A stretch of 63,011 bases of DNA, the filler included, from Collodictyon triciliatum (Eukaryota): assembly GCA_043381765.1 (NCBI GenBank). It is 11 parts of 11 records of this genome, joined end to end, with 100 filler letters (N's around TTAATTAATTAA, not from the genome) between each part and the next. Parts side by side here need not be neighbours in the genome. Positions count along the whole stretch, not along the records: positions 25,893 to 32,260 come from JBHJMP010004509.1; positions 32,361 to 38,723 come from JBHJMP010004513.1; positions 38,824 to 45,185 come from JBHJMP010004514.1; 8 more parts are not named here. One strand, 5' to 3'. Each line of letters begins with the position of its first letter. Positions within the stretch are counted from its first letter, which is position 1. This document shows, one piece after another, positions 26,481-40,029 of the stretch. The position numbers were made by a program, and so were the translations under genes. The notes below the pieces were generated by a model. It saw only the letters and a list, made by a program, of their open reading frames with translations, was not told the origin of the DNA and ran no database searches.

Positions 26481-28039
26481 ATGGAAGTAGTTGAGCGCAC
26501 TATCTATCCGGAACGTGCAGACTTTATTCATTCGGTGCATGTTTATGGTCGAATGGTGTTATCATAACAAGGCGACGGGATGTGCGCTCTTTGATTTCTT
26601 TTTTCTACTTTTTTAGTTGAAGTTCTTTTCATTTACTTTCTGTATTATAACTGTAAAAATCACCAGGGGCAAGTTCCAGGAAATCGCCTTCAATCTTCCC
26701 GTGGGCGCATGCAGTGAGCCATTCAAAGGCGGGTTGGTGCTCTTCTTTCACAGGCGAATGAATGAATGAATGAATGAATGAATGACATATGATTGAATAT
26801 TAATGACGAAAAGGACGATACGATGCATGTCTAAGAAAACTCCTTGCAATATCGCTGATCCATTCTTGAATCCCAAACACCCTCAGCTTCGGATACCACA
26901 TCATCCTTTGCGAAGGCCGAAAGGCCTAAGGGCACACCGACCAAAGCGCCCGACCCAATAAACAACAAGGCAACCCAAAGCACAGCATTCCGCGAAAGAA
27001 ATCACACAGATACGCAGCGTGAGCCGCACCTCCCTTGGGTTGTCCAGATATGGTGGTGATGTGGTCAGTGCGGCTGGTGCCATAATTGTCTTCTATATGT
27101 GGATTTGTTACGCATGCCCACATCGCAGCCTCTTGTATGGCGACATAAGTCCTGTGCGTCGTAAAATCCTGTCACTGCAACACACGCGCAACCATCCGAA
27201 GTGTATCTCTGCCCAGCATTCCCACCACCCATAACTTTCAGTGAATCAATCGTGGGATATTCTAGGTACCTGCTTTGATGACGTGGGTTGTGTGGGCATC
27301 AGGCAAAACACATGAAATATAAGCAGTCGAAGGGCAAACCATAACCAAACAACCGCTGAGTCGCTGCGTTGTCCTTCACAACAAAACGCTTGCCTGCTTC
27401 TCAGCGCCTGAGGGGTACGCCAAACCGCGCAACCCCACACAAGGCTCTGGCTGTTCAGCAACTGGGAAACATCACACACTTCCCCCGCCTTTTAACAGCG
27501 TATTTCAGAGTTGGGGCTCTGCTTGCAATGCTTGCGTTGCCTGGGCGGGTTATATCAAGTGCTCTGGTGCAAAGTAAACCTGGTGCTGTGGATGCAAAGG
27601 GCGAGCCGTGAGGCAAAGGGTGCGCCAAAGAAAAGGGTCAGGGGGTCGGGTTTCTGCCGGGATGATACAAACATACCCTTCCAGTTTTCTTTTAAACAAA
27701 TTAATCACCACGATAAATATGAGGAACGAGGGAGTGAAAAAAAAAAAAAACAACAAAAATTGCTGGATAAAGAACTATTTTCAAACCTAAACAACTTTCA
27801 TCCAGCCATTTTGAGGACTATATAAGCAACGGTCTGTGCAACGAGTCAGCGGTGCTCAAGACTCGCGTGGCCTTCGTGTGAATATATTTCATTGCCAAAG
27901 TCCAACTACACCCACAATACAAGAAGTGCGGCCTGGAAATTATGACGCACAATAATCGCCCCGTTGGTTTATTTCCATGATGGAATCAAACATCGCAAAC
28001 GAGGTGGCCGCAGTGATAAGGCGTGATGATGTCTAAAGA

Positions 28040-28480
28040 AATACAACACAATCAACAAAACACTCTCCACAACAGAATACAGCACAAGATAATAGAATGC
28101 AAGTAGAACACAATACAGTAAAAGATAATAGAATATTATACAAGACAATAGAATACAATAGAATACAACAGAAGATAATACAGTAAAAGACAATAGAATA
28201 TGATACAAGACAATAGAATACAACAGAATACAATATAATATTATACAAGACAATAGAATGCAATATGATATAATACAGTAAAAGACAATAGAATATTATA
28301 CAAGACAATAGAATACAATAGAATACAATAGAATACAATAGAATATTATACAAGACAACAGAAGACAATAGAATACAACAGAAGATAATACAGTAAAAGA
28401 CAATATAATATTATACAAGACAATAGAATACAATAGAATGTAATATGATAGAATACATTAGGATACAATAGACTAGAGCG
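28040..28480. repeat. Degenerate pentamer-based minisatellite (ATAGA/ATACA/AGACA)
   Basis: Tandem 5-mers with a higher-order unit such as CAATAGAATATTATACAAGA. Confidence 0.9.
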
Positions 28481-29977
28481 CAATATAATATAAAATAATA
28501 TATTTTTCCCTCATTCGATTCAAAGCATAGTACAATATAAATTTAGCTTTTAATTAAAACCTGTATACCCACACTCACAAGCTCAACAACACAACAAAGT
28601 ACAGCGCAGCACAGCCCATGAGAACAACGCACCGCCCACGAACCACCACACTGCTGCGCTGATATAAGTGCAACCCCCCTTCACCCTTGGAAATATCACC
28701 CGCTCACCCATTAGCGAACCCCCGTCCTTATTCCGTTGCTGCCGCGCGATTCAAGCCTGGCGCGTGGCCTGACACTGGTATGAATGTGCCTCGATTGAGT
28801 ATTCTTTTTGTGGTTGTGCAGATTCACTTTGCCTATTTCGTCGAATCGGGCAAAAAGATGGCCTGCAGCATATAAATATGCATGCGTAGCTTCTATTTTC
28901 ATTGGCGCTTTTCCTCTCTCGGCCTTGCCGATTGCATCTGCCACATCTGCATCGTGATTGTCTGATTCTTTTCCTGCACACGAAATGATCTTTGTTGATT
29001 GCATCGCGCTTCAGATCCTTTCTCTTTCCCTTTCCCTCTCTCTTTTTGACTTTTCTTTTTTATTCCCTTTCTTTTCCTTTCTGCTTGTCTTCTCCATCGT
29101 TGATTCAGGCGGCTTTTGACGGATTGTTCTGTCACGAACGTTTTGGAACGCCTTTGTTTGCTGTCCGATCCGCTCATAGCTGATTATTCTCTTCAAAGCC
29201 GCACCTTTCTGTTCGACGAGCTGCCACCCTTGTGTTGATTCGATGAATCTTGGCACGCCTGTCATCCCAGCCAGCCAGTCTTTCCTTTTGTCTTTCTTCT
29301 CTTTCCCCTATATATCGCCCATTTTTTTATCTGTAATATTCTTATCGTCCATACTTTTTGTGGTGTTGCGAACAAGTGTTGCTAGTCCATTTTCCGCATG
29401 ACTTACCCTACTTCTTGAGACATGGAAGCACCCTAATGCAAGCTTCTCAAAAAAGAATACCTTTTTTTTATCTTTTAAACTGGTTAATTGACTTAAAAGT
29501 ATCTTTCTATTTTTTATTTTTTTATTATTATTATCATTTTATTTTTTCTTTTTTACACACACGGTCGTATCACCGTATTCAATCTAACTGGCATGTGTCC
29601 GCCACCAAAGAAGCTTCAAAACACCGTGATTTACTCGGCTCTTATCTCCCACACTATACGCCAGTGCCGTTTCTCGAGACTCGACAAGAGAAAAGACAAA
29701 AGAAAAACCCGAGACAAAGTAAGCGTACTTTTTTATAATGATGATTAAAAAAAGATAATGTATGTGACTTCTTTGACTCATCCCTCGAACCTAAGAACCC
29801 CACAACTCGTGAATGATGACTCCTTTTTTTTCTTCTTCTAACCACAAAAACAGATTAGTCCACGAAATAAAGGGTAAAAAAAAAAAAAAACGAAATTGGA
29901 GTGCACCTGACTCAGAAAAATCAGTAAATCGTGCGCAAGCCAGCAAACAATAGAATCCTATATACACGCGCCCAGAG

Positions 29978-31756
29978 ATGAGCCAGCCAGCCTCAAACAC
30001 ACGCGACCCCGCAAAACAGGCTGCAGGCCGAGCCCAGCGGAAGCGCAGCAAGCCGCGTGGGACACATGCAGAGCCACACGACAACAGCACCAAGGATGAC
30101 ATTCTCTACAACCATGGGTCGAGCATAAGGAAACGTCCATCCAAATCCACTGTCAACGAGACCGAATCCTTGCCCGCACACCACCCAACAAAGCCTCCCC
30201 AATCGCAGACATCTTGCAACTCAGCATCGGCAGATGCAGACATCTGCGAGACCGCGTCTGCAAACACATCGTCTTTCCTGTCCATCCACCATTTCCACGA
30301 AGCGCAAGACTCGCTTCACCGCCACTATCTCTACAGAGACATCAGCCCTTCGCAAAGAGACCTGGCCAGCTCAAACCCGGACACAAGCACCACACTCAGA
30401 CACATGGCTCAGAGTCCCGTAAAAGGCTGCGGCGATGTGGTTGCCAGTTCGACCGCAGCGTTTTCGATGGCGTCTGTCCAGACATCCCCGCAAGTAACGC
30501 ACGCACCCATCGCATCCATCCACGGGCCGTTTTACACCTTCGCGCCCTTCGATATGGCCCACGTACTTGCTCTCTTCTCATCACCCCACACTCACTGCTA
30601 CCTGTCTATCTTAAAGACAACTCCACATCCACATCCACATCCACATCCACATCCACATCCACATCCACATCCACATCCACATCCACATCCACATCCACAT
30701 CCACATCCACATACAATTGCGAAGACTAAAATTCGACTGGGCACCCACAAGCAACAGAGCAACGGAGCGACTGCGGGCCACCCACCACAACTGCAGCTCC
30801 AATCCCACTCATATTCGTATCTGCACTCGCACTCAGCGTCGCAGCCACAACACTCCATGTCGTTTCCTTTCATCCAGCCGCTATACTTGACGCCGATACT
30901 GCCTTGTCCACAACAACCCGTCGCCTTCGGCCCGGTTGCATCGCACTACGCACCATCACAGCACCAATCTCTGCCACATCACACGGTCCACCACGTGACA
31001 TCCTCGGCACCCATCATCATCTATCCAGCCGTAGCGATACACGCACAGCATCCGCACTCGCACCACCCAGCCGGAAGTGCGCCTCCGACTGACGAACACG
31101 CTGCAAAAGGCCACGCAGCCGATGCGTATGAAACTATGGTGGCACCCAACACTACGTCCACACCAGAAGAAACAATCAGGGGCGATTCCAGTGTGCAGAC
31201 ACAGGGCACTTGGTTAGACATGCTGCCTGATGAAACAAGACATGCGCCCGAGAGCCCCGCCGCCCCGCCAGCCAAGCCGGAATCTGCAGCCACAAAGAAG
31301 CCTCGGCTGCGCTCAAAGTCGACCAAACCCAAGGCGCTGAATGGATTTATGCTCTACAGCAGCGAGAATAGGAAACACGTTTTGGCCGCAAACTTATTCC
31401 TCAGCACAAATGACCTGGCTGTTGAGATGGGCAAGTATGATTTCCATTTTTCATTCTCTTTTCTTCCCTTTTTCTCGCTTTTTTTCCTTTTTTGTCTCTG
31501 TTTTTTCCTCACTAAATCCTCCAGCAAGCAAATAGACAATTCCACCTCTACCCCGCACAACGCACATATGCATACCCATCATTACTGCGCCGTGTTACAG
31601 ATTTTATACATTTTCTTGCATTATATATATATGCGCCCTAAATCATATCCCAGGCGGTGGAACGCACTCCCTGACGATGTGAGGATTGGTTTCAAGCAGA
31701 GAGCAAAGGAGATCAATATCCTACGCAACAAGGCGCTTGAGCAGTCCAACTCATGA
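29978..31756 (+). CDS. HMG-box transcription factor (SOX/TCF/MATA-type) with a disordered His/Pro-rich N-terminus; one intron at 31435-31653
   Basis: KPKALNGFMLYSSENRKHVLAANLFLSTNDLAVEMGK|RWNALPDDVRIGFKQRAKE forms an HMG box once the 219-nt GT-AG intron is removed. A (CCACAT)n repeat at 30623-30712 encodes poly-(Pro-His). Confidence 0.88.
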   Translation: MSQPASNTRDPAKQAAGRAQRKRSKPRGTHAEPHDNSTKDDILYNHGSSIRKRPSKSTVNETESLPAHHPTKPPQSQTSCNSASADADICETASANTSSFLSIHHFHEAQDSLHRHYLYRDISPSQRDLASSNPDTSTTLRHMAQSPVKGCGDVVASSTAAFSMASVQTSPQVTHAPIASIHGPFYTFAPFDMAHVLALFSSPHTHCYLSILKTTPHPHPHPHPHPHPHPHPHPHPHPHPHPHPHTIAKTKIRLGTHKQQSNGATAGHPPQLQLQSHSYSYLHSHSASQPQHSMSFPFIQPLYLTPILPCPQQPVAFGPVASHYAPSQHQSLPHHTVHHVTSSAPIIIYPAVAIHAQHPHSHHPAGSAPPTDEHAAKGHAADAYETMVAPNTTSTPEETIRGDSSVQTQGTWLDMLPDETRHAPESPAAPPAKPESAATKKPRLRSKSTKPKALNGFMLYSSENRKHVLAANLFLSTNDLAVEMGKYDFHFSFSFLPFFSLFFLFCLCFFLTKSSSKQIDNSTSTPHNAHMHTHHYCAVLQILYIFLHYIYMRPKSYPRRWNALPDDVRIGFKQRAKEINILRNKALEQSNS

Positions 31757-32166
31757 ACACAAAGTCCTTGTGCGTGAAACATTGATGCCAGCAGATATGG
31801 TTGTTGCTTTGTTGAATCCAGTTACTCGTGCCTGCTTCTTTATTTTTTTTTGTTTTGTTTCTTTTCAACAGTTTAAACTCGTGCCTGCTATCTTTTCATA
31901 TTCGTAACCCTCCTCAGTTATCCTTACACATTTATTCTATGTATTACGTATACTCCAAACTATCCGATTCGATGCAACAAATCGCCTGCACGAGTGTCTG
32001 GAAGGAGCACTACAATAAACAGTTCATGTGCATCTGTATAAGTGGGAGAAACACCTCATATTACTCAAAGTAAATGCTTTATCACTTCTGATTAGTTAGA
32101 ATATTATAAAAAGTAGAATGTTTGTTTCTCCCTGGTTACATTGAAAGTCAACATTTAAAAGCTGTG

Positions 32167-32260
<94 letters not shown>

Positions 32261-32773
32261 NNNNNNNNNNNNNNNNNNNNNNNNNNNNNNNNNNNNNNNN
32301 NNNNTTAATTAATTAANNNNNNNNNNNNNNNNNNNNNNNNNNNNNNNNNNNNNNNNNNNNAAACAAAAAAAACCAAAAAAAACCAAAAAAAACCAAAAAA
32401 AAACCAAAAAAACCAAAAAAACCAAAAAAACCAAAAAAACCAAAAAAACCAAAAAAACCAAAAAAACCAAAAAAAACCAAAAAAAACCAAAAAAAACCAA
32501 AAAAAACCAAAAAAACCAAAAAAACCAAAAAACCCAAAAAAACCCAAAAAAACCCAAAAAAACCCAAAAAAACCCAAAAAAACCCAAAAAAACCCAAAAA
32601 ACCCAAAAAACCCAAAATAAAACGAGTTTGTAATACTACCCATCTGTAGCGTAAGGTAAATTAAGCCCGCTGGAATATGAAATACAAAAAGAATTAACAC
32701 CTTGATATATATGAATGTCATCATATGATTCGAGAAATTCAACTAGATTGGTATCTTTCATTTACACGCAGCA

Positions 32774-35700
32774 GATTCCACCGTCTCATCAGCAAAGCCT
32801 TTGCCGCAACGCAGAGCAAGTCGTTCTTATTCAGTTGCGCATCCAGTTGCTAAAAATACAGTAGAATCAGATGCAAGTATCGACCGCATGAACCATTTTC
32901 TTCCCATTCGTCCATCTCTCAATCAATTAGATTCGGACACTCAGACTGGTTTGCACATTTCTACCTCCACTCATTTTCTCTAGTGTATATATTGGTTCTT
33001 AAAATTTAAAACATGGAGTTATGAAAGTGTCTCTCAGGCGGATTTTTTTTAGCATATGCAGCTGCACTCACTAAAATGCATATTGTAAATCATGGTTCAA
33101 TTCATTTTTTTCAGAATATGGGAACCCTCTTGATTTAATCACAAATCTATCCAAGGAAAGAGACCTAAAAAGCGGGACTGATAGACTCACTTATACGTCA
33201 GCATTCTATATATTCTGAAATAGCAAATTGATATATATATCAAATTTATCTATTTTATTTTAATTTGGAGCATGCCTTTGTTACATCGCCATATTATATG
33301 TATCTTAATTTGATATATGATCCATCAGAAGGGAACAGTTAATTCAAGAAATAGAATCAAGCGATCCAGATAAGGCTAATATCCGTGAATATTGCTTGTA
33401 TTATGAAATCCCCGCAGAGCTGTACCGTAAAGTATGGGAGGTAAGCCGAGATTTTGATTGATCTATGGAGGCTTTATGGATTAATATTTCACTTGAGATA
33501 TTTCTAAACCTACTCGTGCAGATATGTTACGAACTTGATGACCAGCGAACAACATCCTGGGATGGTCTACTAAACCACCCTTATCAACAAGTAATTTCCA
33601 AGCAATGTGAGGCACTAGAGAAGTACGGAGAAGGTTTTTTTTTTCTATCTTCCTTAGGTGTTTTTGCCTCTTTGGACTAACTCTCACCATTTGGATTGCC
33701 ATGCAGAATTTTCCAATGAACTCCTTCGTTCGGAATTGGAACATGTTATAACTCATTACTGCAAGAGACGATCTTTGAGCAACCCCGATGGAATCGCTGA
33801 ATTACTCGCCCCAATAGTGAAGTTGATTAAGCCAGTTTTCCCTGTGTAAGAAAATTGGTAAATTAGATAAAGCCTTCCAAATTTACATATGGGACGTACC
33901 ATTTGCGAGCATGGAAGATGATTTGTAAATATTCAACTATATTTCTACAACCTGATCTTAATTAATTGAAAACCTACATAATCTAGGCCAGTTAAAGCAG
34001 ATGAACCCCAAGGTTGCAACATGTCATGCATACTTATTGCAATTTTGCCATCGCATTCACATGCTCCTCCATATACACTAGGAAAATTTTAATATGTTAA
34101 TATTTTTAAAATTAAGCATTATATCACCTTCACTAGAATCTCCAAATTTTCCTGTATATGCAAATGCTTTCTACTCTTTTGCATCCATTTATTTCCCGAC
34201 AAAATTTATTGACGCAGCGGACTCTTCAAAGTGATTTTTTATTTTTAAAAATGAAATATGAATATTGAATTTGCGATTCTCTAAAAATCGTTGCCCATGT
34301 GTGTTTATCCCATGAATATGAAAAGGTGCATGAAGCTACTATTTCGATTACTATGCAACTATCACGATCCAAAGCTGTGCTGCCACCTAGAAGGCCACCG
34401 AATTGATGTGAGCGACATAGTTTATCCGATGGTAAGGAGGCATTTTCTGTGACCTTTTCTTTATTTCATAAATTGAGCCGCTCAGAAAGAAAAGTTTAGA
34501 TGTTCAGAGATGCTCAAAACCATCCTTGTAATTTTTGCATTCCGAGATGAAATAATCACAGTTTTAACTCCTGAATGCAGATTTCGACATTGTTCTTCAA
34601 TTTCTTTCAAAGTGATATTGTCCAATTTATTTGGACACAATTTGCTATTCTAAATGACCCATCGTTGCCATTTCTGTTTGCTCTAGTAATCTTGATATCA
34701 TCCAGGTAATGTTGTCGTTTCGTTCTCTTTCTTTTTAAGAGTATAGAGTGTTTATTTGAAGTATTTCCATTTTGAAAACACGAATATGCTTCATAGCATT
34801 TCTGCTATGGATTATGATTTGATATACTCATTCACCTATCCATTAAGACACAAGATAATGAGCCTCTCTGAACTCCAGCTAACTGACTGGCGGAAGGACC
34901 CAGCCGGTCTATTAGAACCTGATGATACTAAAGAAGTGCGAGGTACTCTTGGATTGAAATACTATTGTAGCTTATTATTTTCTTGATTGTGCCTTAAGTG
35001 ATGATATTACTTCTTGGAACAATACTATGCATGTGACATACCATTGCATCCCCTTTCAGAATTTTTGCATAAGGCAATAGCTGTGGGCTCAATAACACCC
35101 AAGGGATTTAAATATTTCTTCAATCTTGCATCCCAACAAGTGATTTGATTTTTATTATTGTTTGTACCATTACTAATACAATTATTACCTTATCTTTATA
35201 CAATGTACACAATGAATCAAAAAATGACATAATTGCGCATGTGGAATATATAATTCGTTGTAAGCTTTTTTTTTTCCCTGCAAAGTACAGTCTTCATTCG
35301 AAAGTGATGGTTTGTATGACCAATTAAAGGCCATGGCTTGTTTTCCACTGACAGAAGCTGAAGTGATATTATCAAATCAAATCAGCTTGAACGAAACAGT
35401 ACTTTTTTTTTTTTTTGTTGTTGTTGTATTTTTACAGTTATTTTTTAGAACTTAAATAACAATATCCAACCAAAAAGTTTTTCGTTCGAGACGTCCATCA
35501 ACTATGTATAGTCCAGTAATTTTCAAATGCAGGATGAATCCGTCAAGTACTTTATTGTTGATTGCCGAGCAGCAAGCGAATTCAGAGCGGGAAGAATTAC
35601 TTCTGCCTTTCATTTGGACCCGTCTTTTCTTTTGAAAGTATTTTATTTATTTATTTATTTATTTATTAATTTATACTACGGACGAGCAATATTGGACAGC

Positions 35701-38163
35701 TTTGCATGTTACAAAATTGGTTCATGTTAATACACACACTAAAATTACCATATAATATCACAGGATAAGCAAACTATGGAACAAACAGTAAAAGGATTTG
35801 TATCGATGATACGAGAAGACCACATTTGTTTTTATGGGTCAGGGGTTATCGAGAACGACTACGAAATGAATACGGTAAAGTCTTTTTTCCAGTTTACTCT
35901 CACCTTTATCAAGTATCTTGACATTTATAATCAACGCTTTTTGTATAATGCTATAGATAATATTCCAGTTTCTTAAACAAGGGGTCCACCACATCGGGCT
36001 CCTCAGTACTGGGTATAAAGGTATATTAGAAGTATATCTTAATGGATAAGTGAAGCAGCAAGATGATTTTGTAAAATTCTACCAGAAGATGCTTAAAAAA
36101 GCACGTGGCATTTTTCTTGATTTATTGCTGCTTTACATTCTTCCAACCTTTTGAACACAACTTTCCCTAAATTTTACTTTGACAACCGAACACCTGATAT
36201 TCATTTTCCTCTCCTCGTCCAGGGTTACACGCCATGTATGATAAGGGAAAAGTCGATTTTGAAGACCATAACCCTGCGAAATGTGTTGTTTGCTGTGACC
36301 GATACGCGAGTCGAAAAATGCAGGAGCAAAATGTTTGCTTTGAAAGTTCAAATATATCATCATCGTTCGTCTATTTTAACAAACAACCTGAAAATATTAA
36401 ATGTGTTTTATACTTCTTAATTTGGTTTAGTTTAGTTTAGTTTAGTTTAGTTTAGTTTAGTTTAGTTTAGTTTAGTTTAGTTTAGTTTAGTTTAGTTTAG
36501 TTTAGTTTAGTTTAGTTTAGTTTAGTCTAGTTTAGTTTAGTTTAGTTTAGTTTAGTTTAGTTTGGTTTAGTTTAGTTTAGTTTGGTTTAGTTTAGTTTAG
36601 TTTAGTTTAGTTTAGTTTAGTTTAGTTTAGTTTAGTTTAGTTTAGTTTAGTTTAGTTTAGTTTAGTTTAGTTTAGTTTAGTTTAGTTTAGTTTAGTTTTA
36701 TCTTTTCTATAACTACTTTTATATATTAAATATTGTCATTAGAATCATTTTTTTTTATCATTTTATACAATTATTATTTATAGTATCATCATCATTTATT
36801 CAATTTACTGGTTGAAGATTGATGAGGGGGCCCAGCTTCCTGCCATAGCTTCAGAAATCAAATCAAAAATTAGCAACGGGCTTAAAGATAGTTTGTCGAC
36901 TGTTAAGGCCAAGGTCTCTGAGGCAAATACCAGCCAAATACAAAGTAAACAGCTTAACATTTTCCTTTTCTCCAATCCCAAAGAATATTTCATGATTGCT
37001 TTCTATAGTTCGGCATCTTTCAACTTACTGATGAAGTGTTTCAAAATCGTTCATGAACAGGTTCTGTGACAGAGTCATGGACTAAAATTGGTAAATCCTT
37101 ATCGTCATCTTTATCCAAATCACAAAGCGCAGGGGAGGGCATGCTATCCCGATTTAAAAAAACGATGAACGAGCCACCATCAGGTTGTGTCTGTTTATCA
37201 ATATACATTTAAAAATTATCGAACTATATTTCCGGTCTGATAACATGAAACTGTATAGTACAGGGCTAACATGATAATTTTGTAAATTAGTTTCATCCAC
37301 AATAAAATCTAAAACATCTGGTGAAAAGCGAGCCCAGGATAGTGTCCGGCCGATATCAGCTGATTCAGTTATGCCGATTCCAAAGCAAGAAGATATTAGG
37401 GTATGCTTTTTCATGCCCATTTTTCTCTTTCTGAAATAAACACCAACATATGCATGAAGTATGTGCATTTTGCTCCTTATATATAATCCCATTCACTGCC
37501 CTCTCTTTTTTATTTGCAAAATATCAACATACCAATACACTATCAGGTTGAGTTATGGTGCCAACAAAACAATGCCAAAATATTTCTGGGGTCTACAACT
37601 GTTACCAAAGGCACAACTGAGTTTCGGTCAGTAGATGGTGTGATATGATATTCAACATGGGTTTTACACAACTGATATTGACCTCGAAGGGAAATGAATT
37701 CAAATCGTTCCTTTTTTTTTCATCGTCTACTGGATAGCTTACACTTTTTTTTAATATTGTCTCGCGAACTAAGTTATATTTATATGTATATGTATATATA
37801 TTTAGATATATCGCAGTTACCGAGGATACTATTTATATCCTTTCTGCGCATCCCACACGAATGGGGTGGGCAACAAGTGAGATCAAGCACATGATAATAG
37901 AGATTTCCTTTGAGCTAAAGCATTTTATATATTTAACTTTTCTTTGTTCTGTTTTTCTAGTATCCTCCAAACATGAGTGCTCATCGTTGGCAAAACTTTC
38001 ATCCGGCAAGACCGATAAGTCGATTATTCGCCTTGAATTCTTGGGTGACTCGCACGCTGTTTATCTGTTTCAGGTAGATCAGTATCAAGAATTGATTGAC
38101 ACCATCCAAGCTGTGATGCAGAAGGATTCACCTCCGCTGGAACCAAAAAGCCAAGATGAATAA
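32774..38163 (+). CDS. TBC1D23: TBC1D23-like protein (TBC + rhodanese-like + C-terminal PH-like domain), multi-exon
   Basis: TBC motifs IPAELYRKVWE and LFRLLCNYHDPKLCCHLE. Rhodanese-like motifs YFIVDCRAASEFRAGRITSAFHLDP, HICFYGSG and TGYKG. EDHNPAKCVVC. C-terminus IIRLEF...ELIDTIQ. Start uncertain. Confidence 0.88.
36416..36697. repeat. (TTTAG)n microsatellite in a TBC1D23 intron
   Basis: Near-perfect pentamer array. Confidence 0.95.
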
Positions 38164-38823
38164 ATTAAAAACCAACCCTATGATTGGACTTCTCATCAAA
38201 GCGTACATAACAACCCAACGATTGAAAAAAACCACAAAGTCATAGTCTTTCTTTTTCCCAGGAATTTATTGATATGGGTATGATGGGTTTCCAAAAGCAG
38301 CCATTTCTTGACATCATTGTTTATGCAGATAATATACCTATTATAGATATGTTTAATGAAGATTCACTAAAACTCACTGCAACAAATCAATCGTGCGTCC
38401 CTTATTTCGATTTCTGAAGCGGCCACGATATTCTCTATATCGCACATCCTTCTAAATGGTTCTGCCTGTTACCCACATTATCCGCCCGGTACCATCAAAG
38501 GCAGAAGAAAATAAGAAAGAATAAAAAGAATAAGAAGAATAAAAAGAAATAGATAAAACGGAATAAAACAGAATTAAAAGGATAAAAAATAATAAGAAAG
38601 AATAAGAAAGAATAAGAAAGAATAAGAAAGAATAAGAAAGAATAAAAAGAAATAGATAAAACGGAATAAAACAGAATTAAAAGGATAAAAAATAATAAGA
38701 ACAAAAAAAAAGAACAAAAAAATNNNNNNNNNNNNNNNNNNNNNNNNNNNNNNNNNNNNNNNNNNNNTTAATTAATTAANNNNNNNNNNNNNNNNNNNNN
38801 NNNNNNNNNNNNNNNNNNNNNNN

Positions 38824-39844
38824 CTGTTCCGTTAACATTGTACGCATATGATTTCGATGAAGATATTCCAAGAGGCACAGGGTCAACTAGTCCTCGTAGG
38901 AAGTCAAAGACTACAAAGCGATTAAGTATGGGCTCAAATGTAGAGTACAGGTAGAATATTAGAAATTTTAAAAGATAACATATCCTGAAGTTGCCTGGTT
39001 TATGATAAATGTTTCCATGCTTTTTACAATGTAAATATGATTATTAATATGCTTCAGAATTACAATTCCCCTTTCTGTTGTTGATGAAGGGCAGTCTTTT
39101 TCAAAGAGTCCGACAATTGATGAGAAAACAGGTTGCCTGATTATGCTTGTCCATCTTAAGTCCAAGAGAAAAAGCCATAGCTGAAACCATATAATACCAC
39201 GCATCAATCAGATTGCTCACTTCAAAATGTTACCACGAAACAGAAGCCCCACCAACTTCAAGTTCGTTCGAAAAGGGAAATAGGGCAGCCGATTATGAAG
39301 CAAAGCAGCCAGAAAATGTTACTCCAGAGAGAAAGCAGAATGTTTTGATTCATCCACAACAACCACAAAACAGAAACGAAGAAATTGTTGTGGACGAACT
39401 GGACAGAAATGACCACGAAACGAGGTCATTTTTGGCCCATTTTGAATCTGCTGTAAATGATTACATTCACGGGAAGTGGGATTTGGCTCGTGATTCATTC
39501 GAGGTACAGTTGAACTCTTTGCTATTGTTCTATGTAATGTTTTGACACCTGATTTTTTTAAAAAAAAAAAAAAAATCGAAGATGAGCGCACTGTAACTTT
39601 TCCTTGAGATTATTATTTTTATTGCTCACAACCAGAACTTGACACCCTTTTGAGAACAGGGACACCATTCGAGAAAAGCCTAATATACCTCATTTGTTAT
39701 CAGCTTTGTTTAAAGAAACGCCCCAACGACGGGCCATCTTTAGCCCTCATTCGGTATATGGAGCTCAATTCATCAAAAAGCCCGTCGGGGGAATGGAATG
39801 CACCGAAGGAATGGCGAGGATACCGAGTCTTTACAGAGAAATAA
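38824..39844 (+). CDS. C-terminus of a class III adenylate/guanylate cyclase, 5'-partial
   Basis: SVPLTLYAYD...FESAVNDYIHGKWDLARDSFE|LCLKKRPNDGPSLALIRYM...APKEWRGYRVFTEK* is the typical post-catalytic tail of protist and bacterial-type class III cyclases. Confidence 0.8.
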
Positions 39845-40029
39845 GTCCTTCTGATGTGATTTTTTTTGAGTCTTCTATGCTTTTTTTCTCTCCCTTTCTT
39901 TATGTCTCTCTCTCTCTGTTCCACATTTACTATCTCTCATTTCTGCTACTCGTAAGGATAATTTTATACCTCATTCTTTTTACGAGCATCTGAGATATTG
40001 AAAGATTGTTCATTGTAATCATAAATATC

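Noticed and set aside
28700-29700. Several overlapping minus-strand ORFs upstream of the HMG gene
   Set aside because: No recognisable domain, and no frame could be chosen with confidence.
32361-32616. (AAAAAACC)/(AAAAACCC)n at a contig start as a possible telomere
   Set aside because: The unit drifts in length, and nearly every contig here ends in a different simple repeat. It is best explained as a microsatellite that broke the assembly.
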